This document shows, one piece after another, positions 10,727-19,181 of a DNA stretch of 64,000 nt. A model generated the notes under the pieces. That model saw nothing but the letters and a program-made list of their open reading frames with translations. It ran no database searches and was not told where the DNA came from. Made by a program: the position numbers and the translations under genes. Source of the DNA: Myxococcota bacterium (GTDB lineage: Bacteria; Myxococcota_A; UBA796; SXON01); assembly GCA_040386535.1 (NCBI GenBank), contig JAZKFH010000002.1, positions 252,867-316,866 of the forward strand, read 5' to 3'. Every line of letters begins with the position of its first letter. Within the stretch, counting starts at the first letter, position 1.

Positions 10727-11104
10727 AAAGCCCTTGCTGCCCTCCCGCGGGTCGATCGCCCCCGGCTGCTCGGCCTGTTGGGCGTCGAAGCGCTCGCGCC
10801 GCGGTTCGCCCCCGAGCACCTCGTCGCGTCGGCCTACGCGGCGGTGGCGCTGCCGTCGCTCCGATCGCGCACGGCGGAGGCCATGGCCGCGCGGACCGCC
10901 GCGGTGCACACGGCGGCGGCCCACGTCGTGACACGTCCGATCCTCGCCCGGGAGATCGAGGCGCTCCTGGGTCTCTCCGCCCGGACCGGGGCGCGCCTGC
11001 GGTCTGGTGCACCCGATCCGACCCTCGTGGCCGCCATCGGACTCCAGATGGACCTTCGGGCGCGGAGGAACGTCGTGGCGGTGACGGGGGCGTTTGGGGG
11101 GTAG
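10727..11104 (+). pseudogene. 5'-truncated ORF remnant next to the REP-like cluster (possibly the C-terminus of a REP-associated tyrosine transposase)
   Basis: Frame opens after TAG 10724-10726 with no convincing start. Protein-like sequence LPRVDRPRLLGLLG..EIEALLGLSARTGARLR (HTH-like)..PDPTLVAAIGLQMDLR. Family assignment rests on recollection and context only. Confidence 0.3.
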
Positions 11105-11130
11105 GAGCGCGGAGGGCCCTCCATCCAGCA

Positions 11131-12858
11131 TCACCGACTCGTCACGCTGCACCCGTCGGGAACCTGGGCCGCGTCCGTCACCTCTACTCGATACACCCAG
11201 ACATTCGCGTCCATGCCGCCGGCGCCCGCCTCGTCGGCGAACACCAGCTCTACCGTGCTCCCCGCCTCGACGTGGCCCGCCACGCGGCGCTCGAGGAGGG
11301 GCGACGCCCCACAGTGCCACTCAATCGGGGGCGCCGCACCTGAGGTGATCCGCACGGCGAGGTTCGACTCGGGCGCGCTCGCCGTCATCCAAAGTGTCAG
11401 AGCTCCGCTGGCTTCGCTGAGCATCCTGGCCGAGCCGGCCTGGTAGAAGGCCAGCGTGTCCCCTTCGTGCTCCAGCAAGACCCGCTCGAGGGATGCCTCG
11501 CGTACGGGGAGCGGCACACCGGACTCGAGCGCAACCGCAACCCCGAGCGCGCCTCGCTGCTGGCTGACCCATACGACCGGAAACACGGCGCGGAGCTTCC
11601 CGAGCAGCTCCGGCTGGGCTCCCTCGACGATCCACCACGCCGCTCGCGCACGACGCGCAAACGCATGCTGCTGCCACTGGTACACGTCGAGCATCGCCGC
11701 CGGATCGTCCAGGGGGACTCCCAGCACCGGCGCCGGTTGATACAGTCGCACCAGCTCGGGTCGGTTGCTCGCCAGGGGGCCAGCCGGCCGCGCGTTCGAA
11801 GCGGCGGCGACAACAGCGCGCACGTCGAAACGCACAGGATCCCGCGCGGCGCCGCGAACGAGCCCGAGGGTCGGCGCGGCGAGCACAACCGGAACGAGGA
11901 GCCACCAGGCGCGGGAAGGCAGGTTTTGCGCACCCAGTCCGAACGCCAGCGCCACGAGTCCCGCCAGCGGGAGCGCGTGTTTCCCCATGAGCCCACCGAT
12001 GAAGGGCGCCGCCGCGGCGAGCGCCACGAATCCGAGCGCGACTCCGACCAGCAGCTTCTGCGCGGGCCCCTTCCGCGCGGCGAGCATGGCGAGCAGCAGC
12101 AGCATCGGCGCGCCGCTCCAGAGAGCCCAGGAGGCGTCGATGTGCCCGCTCCCCAGGTACGCCAGGGATCGCGAAAGGAAATCCACCCACGTCAACGCCT
12201 CCCCCCCGAACCCCTGGTAGCGCTCCCCTTGGGAGAAGCCGAGTGTGAGCCAGGGCAGGAATGTCAGCGCGCCAATCCCGATTGCCATGAGCTGACCCCA
12301 ATCCCGCGTCCAGACGAGCAGGACAGCAATGGGAAGGAGATAGACAGGCGCGAGTCCGTGGGTGTACATCAGCGCCGAAGTGAGCAGCGCAGTCACGACG
12401 GTGGCACCGCCCACCAAGACGTTGCCCCCCAACGCCACGATCAGCAATCCAATCAGCGCGTACGCGCGTGCCTCCTGGGACCAATGCACATGGGCCGGCA
12501 ACACCGCCAGCCAGAGTCCTCCGAGCCACGCGGAACGGGGGGTGCCCAGGCGTAGACCAAGCCCGGCCACGAGAAGCACTGTGAGGGTGCCGGCGATCGC
12601 GGAGATCAGCCGGAGTCGGTGCGGGTCGGCCGGATCGAAGAGCGCAGCGAGCACGTAGTACAACGGCGGGTAGACGTCCGCTGCCGCCACCTGGATGGCC
12701 CGGGCGACGCCCTGTTTTGCAGCGGCGACAACATGCAGCTCGTCCGACCAGATCGAGCCATCGAAGACGCCGCGCACGCGCAGGACAAGCGCCAGAGCGG
12801 TCGGGACGAGAATCGCCGAAGCGCGGCTCCAGGCGACTCGTGCGCTCGGGTCGGTCAC
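11131..12858 (-). CDS. GT-C fold membrane glycosyltransferase (GT39/PMT-ArnT-like)
   Basis: Motifs SIWSDE, DVYPPLYY, LRLISAIAG and HWSQEARAYAL, plus many TM segments. Start set at GTG 12858 (GTGA overlap with the upstream gene). Confidence 0.85.
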   Translation of the reverse strand: MTDPSARVAWSRASAILVPTALALVLRVRGVFDGSIWSDELHVVAAAKQGVARAIQVAAADVYPPLYYVLAALFDPADPHRLRLISAIAGTLTVLLVAGLGLRLGTPRSAWLGGLWLAVLPAHVHWSQEARAYALIGLLIVALGGNVLVGGATVVTALLTSALMYTHGLAPVYLLPIAVLLVWTRDWGQLMAIGIGALTFLPWLTLGFSQGERYQGFGGEALTWVDFLSRSLAYLGSGHIDASWALWSGAPMLLLLAMLAARKGPAQKLLVGVALGFVALAAAAPFIGGLMGKHALPLAGLVALAFGLGAQNLPSRAWWLLVPVVLAAPTLGLVRGAARDPVRFDVRAVVAAASNARPAGPLASNRPELVRLYQPAPVLGVPLDDPAAMLDVYQWQQHAFARRARAAWWIVEGAQPELLGKLRAVFPVVWVSQQRGALGVAVALESGVPLPVREASLERVLLEHEGDTLAFYQAGSARMLSEASGALTLWMTASAPESNLAVRITSGAAPPIEWHCGASPLLERRVAGHVEAGSTVELVFADEAGAGGMDANVWVYRVEVTDAAQVPDGCSVTSR

Positions 12859-13601
12859 GGGAGCAACCACAGGCGGCCGGCGGCGTCCAGGACGGCGTTC
12901 GGGCTCCCGGCGACGACCCTGGCGGCTCCCGGGACGAACCAGGACGTGGTGTCCGTCGACGTCGCACCCATCTGCACCACTGAATCCCCCCTGCGAAGAA
13001 GCCACCCTCCGCCCGAGCGCACCGCGTCGTGCGTGTCATGGGTCTCGTGAACGCTACGGAAGCGCCCATCCGCGAGCGCCACATCCCCCAAGCGGGAGGC
13101 CGCCCACACACCCACGTTCGTGCAGTCTGTGCCGCGAGCGAGCCCCGCAATATCCGCATCGACCGGCCAGGAAGTAAGCGCTCCCGTGCTCGTTCGGTGC
13201 ACGATCCTCGCTGGGTCTCCCAGCAGGATGAACACTCCGTCGCACGCGACCTGGATGTCACGAATTGACGTCCCGAAGCGAAAGTCCTCGTGCTTGGAGG
13301 TGATCAAGTCGACGCAGCCGAGAACCGAGCCGCTAGCCCAACATAGGCGCTCAGCGGGGTCCCATGCGATCGCCGAGGTGTCAGCCGGCACCCCCTCGAA
13401 GACGACGCGAACGTTGGCGGCCCCGTCGAAGCTGACGACCTCGTCCCCTCGCACCACGAAGATCTCACCCCCGAAGCTGTCGACCGGGCCCGGTCGAAGC
13501 CCATCGAGCACGACCAGGGGCCCGGCGGCGACTCGCGTCGCGACAATCCCGCCAATCGCCGGGACCAACAAGAGCGCCCACACGATTGGTTGCCGGCGCA
13601 T
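12855..13601 (-). CDS. Hypothetical exported protein, beta-propeller-like
   Basis: N-terminal hydrophobic segment and short beta-strand repeats (AIAWDP, AVLDAAGRLWL). TGATG coupling to the upstream gene. Confidence 0.6.
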   Translation of the reverse strand: MRRQPIVWALLLVPAIGGIVATRVAAGPLVVLDGLRPGPVDSFGGEIFVVRGDEVVSFDGAANVRVVFEGVPADTSAIAWDPAERLCWASGSVLGCVDLITSKHEDFRFGTSIRDIQVACDGVFILLGDPARIVHRTSTGALTSWPVDADIAGLARGTDCTNVGVWAASRLGDVALADGRFRSVHETHDTHDAVRSGGGWLLRRGDSVVQMGATSTDTTSWFVPGAARVVAGSPNAVLDAAGRLWLLP

Positions 13602-15391
13602 CAAGTCGGGGACGGCACGATGTAGACGGCGCCCGCATCCGCTCCGCCGGCGTCGAGCCCCGGGGCCGCGATGAGCAGATCGTCGACCCGATCGCCCGAA
13701 TGGTCGAGGAAGCCGGTTGCTGTGCCGAACCTGTCGCCAGGTGATTGCCCGTGGAGGAGATATTTTGAATCGTCTTCGTACACGCTGGTCAATCCCCAGG
13801 CCAGCCTATCGATCGCCACCGCACCCCTCCCCTCGTCGTACACATAGGACGATCCAAGCGCCCGGGCTCCATCCCAGAATGGCACGTGCACGTCGAGCGT
13901 GCCGACCCAATCGACATCGGAGTCCCTGAAGTTCTGGCGCCCGACCGTGGGCTCCCAGGGCACCACGCTGCCCGACACGGGCAGATCGACCTGCCATACA
14001 ATCCCGCCGAGCGCCAGCAGCTCGGGCGACCCGTCGTCATCGACGTCCATCGCGGTGTGGGGGGCGCATGAGTAGAACTGGATCGTAGATTCGGAGATGA
14101 CCTCATGCTGTCCGAGGGTAGGTTGATCCGAATAGAACAAGGCTCCGGACGGATCGCTACCACTGGAGGCGCTCAGCACGAACCCGAGATCGTCCCGACC
14201 GTCGTCATTGGCATCCCCAACAGCGACCGGGTACATCTGTGCTCCCGGCATGTCGACGACAAAGAGGGCGTCCGAATCCGCATACGATATCATCCCCGTC
14301 AGCGTGGAGGGTTCGTAGAACACTGCGACGGTACCGGAGTTCGGAGAGTATCGGCTGTCGAGTACACCGCTGGTCACCAGGTCATCAATTCCGTCGCCAT
14401 CGATGTCGGTGCCGGAGAGGAGCGAGCTTCCTACATACACATCCTCCACATCGCCAGTGATGACGAAGGAAGCATCCTCACGTCCGCCTCCGATCGCAGC
14501 GGCCGTCCAACCCAGGACCGATCCCTGTGTTCCCCCTGTCGTGACCTCTGAAACCAGCAGGACCGGAGCGTCCTCCTCCCCCGCCCAGCCGAGCGCATAG
14601 CCGAGGAACCCGCCGCCTTCGACCTTCCAGGGGGCCTCGGACGCCGAGGTTGCCGACGAGAGCCCACTCGCGGGCCATGCGTACACACCACCGCTGTATG
14701 AATCCAGTGCACCCGCCCCCACGAGCAACCAGGGTTCGTCATCAAACCATCCCGTGGGCACGACGACGAGGGCGCTGCCGAAACCCGCGTCTGCCGCGGG
14801 ACCATCGATGCGATGCATCGATCCCGTATCGAGCGAAACCTGATCCTGGGTCGATCCGTCGCAGTCGTTGTCGATGCCGATGTCGAGCCAGCCCTCGGTG
14901 GCCGAAATGCCGCGAGTCGCGTCCTCGTCGTCACAGTCGGTTCCGTCGAGCGCTATCGGAGCCTCTCCATCGCCATCCTGGTCAAAATCGTCCGCCGCGT
15001 CACAGTTGCTGTCGGTGCCGTCGTACCAGTTGTCTTCGGCGTCTGGATGGATTGACTCCGCGGCGTCATCGCAGTCGTCCGCACTCGATGCGTAGCCCGT
15101 CGGCACGGCGCAGCCAGTCACCGCTATCGCGTCAACGTTCCCGTAGCCGTCACCGTCACCGTCCAGGTACCACGTGGGAGCATCGACGGCGTCCTCATCG
15201 ATCTGGCCGTCGCAGTCCTGATCGATGGCGTCGCAAACCTCGGCCGCGCCGGGGAAGATCGTGGCGTCCTGGTCGTCACAGTCGTCCAACTGGGAGAAGG
15301 CGTCACCATCGTGGTCGGTGAGCTGGTCCTTCCGATCCTCGTACGCGTCGGTGTTGATCAAACAGCCGCTGACGACGAGAAGGGTGAGCAT
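13601..15391 (-). CDS. Putative lipoprotein with MopE-related/Cys-rich metal-binding motifs and FG-GAP (integrin-alpha-like) repeats
   Basis: MLTLLVVSGC lipobox-like start. Repeated DCDD..IFPGAAEVCDAIDQDCDG motifs. FG-GAP elements GFGSAL, DIDGDGIDDL, GDANDDGRDDL and DRFGTA..DDLLIAAP..GAVY. Confidence 0.85.
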   Translation of the reverse strand: MLTLLVVSGCLINTDAYEDRKDQLTDHDGDAFSQLDDCDDQDATIFPGAAEVCDAIDQDCDGQIDEDAVDAPTWYLDGDGDGYGNVDAIAVTGCAVPTGYASSADDCDDAAESIHPDAEDNWYDGTDSNCDAADDFDQDGDGEAPIALDGTDCDDEDATRGISATEGWLDIGIDNDCDGSTQDQVSLDTGSMHRIDGPAADAGFGSALVVVPTGWFDDEPWLLVGAGALDSYSGGVYAWPASGLSSATSASEAPWKVEGGGFLGYALGWAGEEDAPVLLVSEVTTGGTQGSVLGWTAAAIGGGREDASFVITGDVEDVYVGSSLLSGTDIDGDGIDDLVTSGVLDSRYSPNSGTVAVFYEPSTLTGMISYADSDALFVVDMPGAQMYPVAVGDANDDGRDDLGFVLSASSGSDPSGALFYSDQPTLGQHEVISESTIQFYSCAPHTAMDVDDDGSPELLALGGIVWQVDLPVSGSVVPWEPTVGRQNFRDSDVDWVGTLDVHVPFWDGARALGSSYVYDEGRGAVAIDRLAWGLTSVYEDDSKYLLHGQSPGDRFGTATGFLDHSGDRVDDLLIAAPGLDAGGADAGAVYIVPSPT

Positions 15392-15437
15392 GAGCGACTC
15401 CGGTTCGGGCGAGATCGTAACCGGGCAGACTCGCCGA

Positions 15438-15542
15438 TACGACCCCGACACCGACCGCGACGGCGAGCTCGATCTGCTCGTGGGCGCCGACGGCGCCGGC
15501 CCCGACGAGCAAGGTCGGGCCTACCTCCTGCTTGCGCCGTAG
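15438..15542 (+). pseudogene. C-terminal fragment of a second FG-GAP protein
   Basis: Reads YDPDTDRDGELDLLVGADGAGPDEQGRAYLLLAP*, a single terminal FG-GAP repeat with no upstream gene body. Confidence 0.6.
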
Positions 15543-16913
15543 TTCCCGCTGGACGACTCCTACATCCACCTCGCCATGGCCCGCACGCTCGCGGAGCACG
15601 GGACCTGGGGGATCAACGCGGGAGAGTTCGCCTCCGCCACCTCTTCGCCGCTCTACACCGCGATCCTCGCGCTTGGGCTGGGGGCCTTCGGGGCGCACGA
15701 GCAGGTGTCCCTGTTCCTGAACGTGGCGGCGGGCGCGGTGGTGTGTTGGTTGGTGGCAGCGTTCGCGCGGGATCTCCGCGATCGGGCCACCAGCCTCGCG
15801 TTCGTCCTCGTCTGCGGTCCTCTCCCGTACCTCGCCTCGTTGGGAATGGAGCACGTGTTGCATGCCGCGTTGGTGCTCGCCCTCGCGCTCGTGGGGCTGG
15901 CCGCGCCTTTTCGGAACGGGCGGTTTGCGCTCCTGGCGCTGGCGGTGGCCGGGGTGCTCACGCGCTACGAGACGCTCTTCGTGCTCGCTCCGCTCATGAT
16001 GCTCCTGGCGCGGCGAGGGCGTTGGATGGACGGCCTGCTCGTCGGTGGCGCCGGGGCCCTGGCCGTCGGCACGTACGGCGCCTGGTCGTGGTCGCAGGGG
16101 GGGCTGGTGATCCCCAACAGCATCCTGATGAAGTCCGCGTTGGCCGGAGGGTGGGAGACTCTCTGGAAGGACAACCTGTACGAAGGCGCGCCCGTCCTGC
16201 TCCTCGTGGCGGGGGCGGCGGCCGCGGCGGCGGTGGACCGTCGGCAGGAGGGCCACGCCCTGCTGTTCGGAGTCGCCGCGCTCCTCCACCTGGCGTTCGC
16301 ACGGATCGGCTGGCTGTATCGTTACGAGGGCTATCTCATCATCTGGGGCGGAGTCATCGCCGTCCCCCCGCTGCTCCGCGCCGTGAAGGGCCCGCAGCTC
16401 CTCCTGTTGGCCGCCATCCTGATCCCATCAGGCTTCCGGGCGTGGCGTGCGAGCGTGGACTTCGTCGCGGCCTCGCGGTGCATCCACGACAATGACGTGG
16501 TCTTGGCCAAGATGGTCGCCCGCGACCTCCCGGATGTCACCCTCGCGGTGCACAACATCGGCGCGCTTGCGTGGTTCAGCGACGCGACGGTCGTGGATGT
16601 CGCGGGCCTGGCAACGGACGAGGTGACACGCCTGCACCTCGGCAACCAACTCACCGGCCAGACGTTTGGTTCGCTCCTGGCGCGAAGAGGCGTGCAGCTC
16701 GCCTACACGGATGTTGGCTGGTTGGCGGCGGATCCCCCGCCGGGCCTGGAGGAGATCGCGGTCCTGTCCTACCAGACGCCGGTGCCCGGTCGCCGGGCGA
16801 AGACACGCCTCTCCATCACCCCGCTCGGCGACGTTGCACGGCTCTCCGCCGCCCTCCGGTCCCTGCCGCCGGGAGGCGATCGTTACAGCGTGGAGTGGTC
16901 CATCGTGCCATGA
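15543..16913 (+). CDS. GT-C membrane glycosyltransferase (arabinofuranosyltransferase-like), probably 5'-truncated
   Basis: FPLDDSYIHLAMAR..GINAGE..SATSSPLY, SLGMEH, LTRYE, PNSILMK and IGALAWFS..VVDVAGL. The DD motif lies upstream of the first ATG (15576), directly after an in-frame TAG. Confidence 0.75.
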   Translation, partial: FPLDDSYIHLAMARTLAEHGTWGINAGEFASATSSPLYTAILALGLGAFGAHEQVSLFLNVAAGAVVCWLVAAFARDLRDRATSLAFVLVCGPLPYLASLGMEHVLHAALVLALALVGLAAPFRNGRFALLALAVAGVLTRYETLFVLAPLMMLLARRGRWMDGLLVGGAGALAVGTYGAWSWSQGGLVIPNSILMKSALAGGWETLWKDNLYEGAPVLLLVAGAAAAAAVDRRQEGHALLFGVAALLHLAFARIGWLYRYEGYLIIWGGVIAVPPLLRAVKGPQLLLLAAILIPSGFRAWRASVDFVAASRCIHDNDVVLAKMVARDLPDVTLAVHNIGALAWFSDATVVDVAGLATDEVTRLHLGNQLTGQTFGSLLARRGVQLAYTDVGWLAADPPPGLEEIAVLSYQTPVPGRRAKTRLSITPLGDVARLSAALRSLPPGGDRYSVEWSIVP

Positions 16914-16922
16914 GGCACAGTC

Positions 16923-17915
16923 TCAGATGTCCGAACAAGCCACGGTATAGGGCGAACCCCCGATGTACTCGTACCCGTTCGGGCACACATCGCCGGGATC
17001 GCGCATGTCCCCGTAATAGTTGCCGTCGACATCGCTGTTGAGCATCAACACGTTGCCGACGCCGGGCGCCTCGCACGCCACCGCGTTGTAGGCGCCGCCG
17101 AGCCACTCCCAGCCGCTGGGGCACACGTCGGAGGGGTCGCGCATGTCGCCGTAGTAGGTGCCCTCCGTGTCGGTGTTGAGCGTGGCGACGGTGCCGCCGC
17201 CGTCCTTCGCGCAGATGACCGTGGAGTAGCCACCACCCATGTAGTCCCAGCCGTCGGGACAGACATCGCCGGGGTCGCGCAGATCGCCGTAGTAAGTCCC
17301 GTCACGGTCGCTGTTCAGGTACGCCACGGACATGTACACGGGCGCCTGGCAAACGACGGTGGAGTAGCCGCCGCCGAGGTGGGGCCAGCCGTCGGGGCAC
17401 ACGTCGCCCGCGTTACGAAGGTCGCCGTAGTAGTCACCCTCCATGTTGGAGGTGAAGTAGACGGGCTGGCCCACGTTGCCGGATTGGTGACACCCCACGG
17501 TGTAGGGGCTGCCACCGATGTGCTCCCAACCCTCGGGGCACACGTCCCCCTCGTCGCGCAGGTCGCCGTAGTACGTGCCGTCGACGTCGCTGTTGAGCTG
17601 CGCCGCCACGCCCGGGGCGCCGCTGCCACACGCCACGGAGCTGTACCCGCCGCCGAGGTGCTCCCAGCCGTCGGGGCAGACATCGCCCTCGTCGCGAAGG
17701 TCGCCGTAGTAGTCGCCGTCGACGTTGGCGTTCAGGTACGCGATCGCGTCGGGCACGTCGACCACGACGGGGAGATCGGGCTCTTCCTCATCGTCGTCCT
17801 CGTCGCCGCCGAAGATCCCCTCGCCGTCGTCCTCGCCGTCCTTGCCGGCGGCGCAGGCGAGGGAGAACGCGAGGGTGAGGGCCAGCGTCAGGGGGAGCGG
17901 GGCGCGCAGGGTCAT
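16923..17915 (-). CDS. Lipoprotein with six ~46-aa Cys-bridged repeats (YYGDLRD.GDVCP.GW..LGG.Y..V.C)
   Basis: Lipobox FSLAC, an acidic linker, then six near-identical repeats visible in both protein and DNA. Confidence 0.85.
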   Translation of the reverse strand: MTLRAPLPLTLALTLAFSLACAAGKDGEDDGEGIFGGDEDDDEEEPDLPVVVDVPDAIAYLNANVDGDYYGDLRDEGDVCPDGWEHLGGGYSSVACGSGAPGVAAQLNSDVDGTYYGDLRDEGDVCPEGWEHIGGSPYTVGCHQSGNVGQPVYFTSNMEGDYYGDLRNAGDVCPDGWPHLGGGYSTVVCQAPVYMSVAYLNSDRDGTYYGDLRDPGDVCPDGWDYMGGGYSTVICAKDGGGTVATLNTDTEGTYYGDMRDPSDVCPSGWEWLGGAYNAVACEAPGVGNVLMLNSDVDGNYYGDMRDPGDVCPNGYEYIGGSPYTVACSDI

Positions 17916-18014
17916 CGGCGACCCCTACTTCGGCCGCCGGCCGGAGGCCAGCGCGTCGTCGCCACGGTTTGAGCTTCGCCACAATAGAGCTACGCTCCCC
18001 TCCCCGGAGTTCCC

Positions 18015-18407
18015 ATGGTCCGCCTCCTCCTCGCCTTCGTCCTCCTCAACGGGTGCCAGGAGCACATCGGCACCTTGTGCACCAAGATGGGCTGCGAGGG
18101 GGTCCTCACCATCACCCTCGACGGGGAGCTTCCCGACGGGGCCGAGGTCACCGTGCTCCTCGACGGCGAACCCTGCGTGGTGGCGGAGAATGGCGATTGC
18201 CAGCTGGCCGAGGACGGGTCCGCGATCACGGTGCTGCTGTCGTTCGGCGCGGGCGAGCCCGAGGTGGTCGTGCGGATCGCGGTCGACGACACATCCGACA
18301 ACTACGTGCTCGCGCCCGACTGGGACGAGCCGGTCTACCCGAACGGGGAGGAGTGCGACGGGGCGGAAGGTGGATGCGTGGGGGGCGAGGCGGTGCTGGT
18401 GTTGTGA
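18015..18407 (+). CDS. Small Cys-containing lipoprotein
   Basis: GGAG RBS, lipobox LLNGC, CTKMGC and C-terminal YPNGEECDG..GC motifs. Confidence 0.7.
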   Translation: MVRLLLAFVLLNGCQEHIGTLCTKMGCEGVLTITLDGELPDGAEVTVLLDGEPCVVAENGDCQLAEDGSAITVLLSFGAGEPEVVVRIAVDDTSDNYVLAPDWDEPVYPNGEECDGAEGGCVGGEAVLVL

Positions 18408-18536
18408 GGCGATGAAGAGGAGATGACTGCTACTCGGCGGGTCCCGCCTGAACAGACGGGACCATACCTACCAAGTCTTCATTTCCCACCCACCATAGCC
18501 CCCTCGTGATGGACACGGATCAAGAGCCGACGCCCC

Positions 18537-19160
18537 CTACGCCGTCATGTCGTGTTCGCGCAGCCACCGAATGGTCTCTTCGGGCGCCACGACGAAAGCG
18601 CGCGGCGAGCCATGCTGGTGAGCGATAACGACATCGGCACGTGCCATCCGGGCCGGGTGGCCCACGACCGCAAACGGGAGAAACCGCTCGTAGTGCCTCA
18701 TGTCGAAGATCGCAGCCGTACACCAGTTATACCGAATCTTTTCCATCGGAAAGTGGGACGATACCGAGAAGCTGTTGGCACGGCAAGTCGTGATATCGAT
18801 GGCCCAATCGACATCACGGAACGCGGTCTCCAACTCGGCTCGGGCCGCAGACCCCGCCAGCCCCGCTAGCGGGTCAATCATGACTTCTCCGGCCGTTCCG
18901 GAAAATGTGACATGACGAAAGACACATTGGTCGAACAGCAGCGGACCGGCGGTGCGGCAATTGTGGAACTTCACACCGTCCAGCGTCAGGCGCCGGACGG
19001 CCCAGCGTGCGAGCACACACTCTATGAATGAGCAATTGCGCAACGCCGCCGTGAAGCCTGCACTGCTGCCAGCGGTCACGTGCACGCGCTGGCGCACGAA
19101 GGTCTGCCCGTCTCCGATGTCCGGCGCCGCGCTCCTTATCGTTATGGTCTTCCTCCCCAC
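18537..19160 (-). CDS. Hypothetical protein with pentapeptide/beta-helix-like segment, atypical codon usage
   Basis: LRNCSFIEC, LDGVKFHNC and FDQCVFRHVTFSG, followed by VDWAIDIT. Visibly more AT-rich than its neighbours. Confidence 0.6.
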   Translation of the reverse strand: MGRKTITIRSAAPDIGDGQTFVRQRVHVTAGSSAGFTAALRNCSFIECVLARWAVRRLTLDGVKFHNCRTAGPLLFDQCVFRHVTFSGTAGEVMIDPLAGLAGSAARAELETAFRDVDWAIDITTCRANSFSVSSHFPMEKIRYNWCTAAIFDMRHYERFLPFAVVGHPARMARADVVIAHQHGSPRAFVVAPEETIRWLREHDMTA

Positions 19161-19181
19161 CGCGCCTCCTGCTCTGGAATC

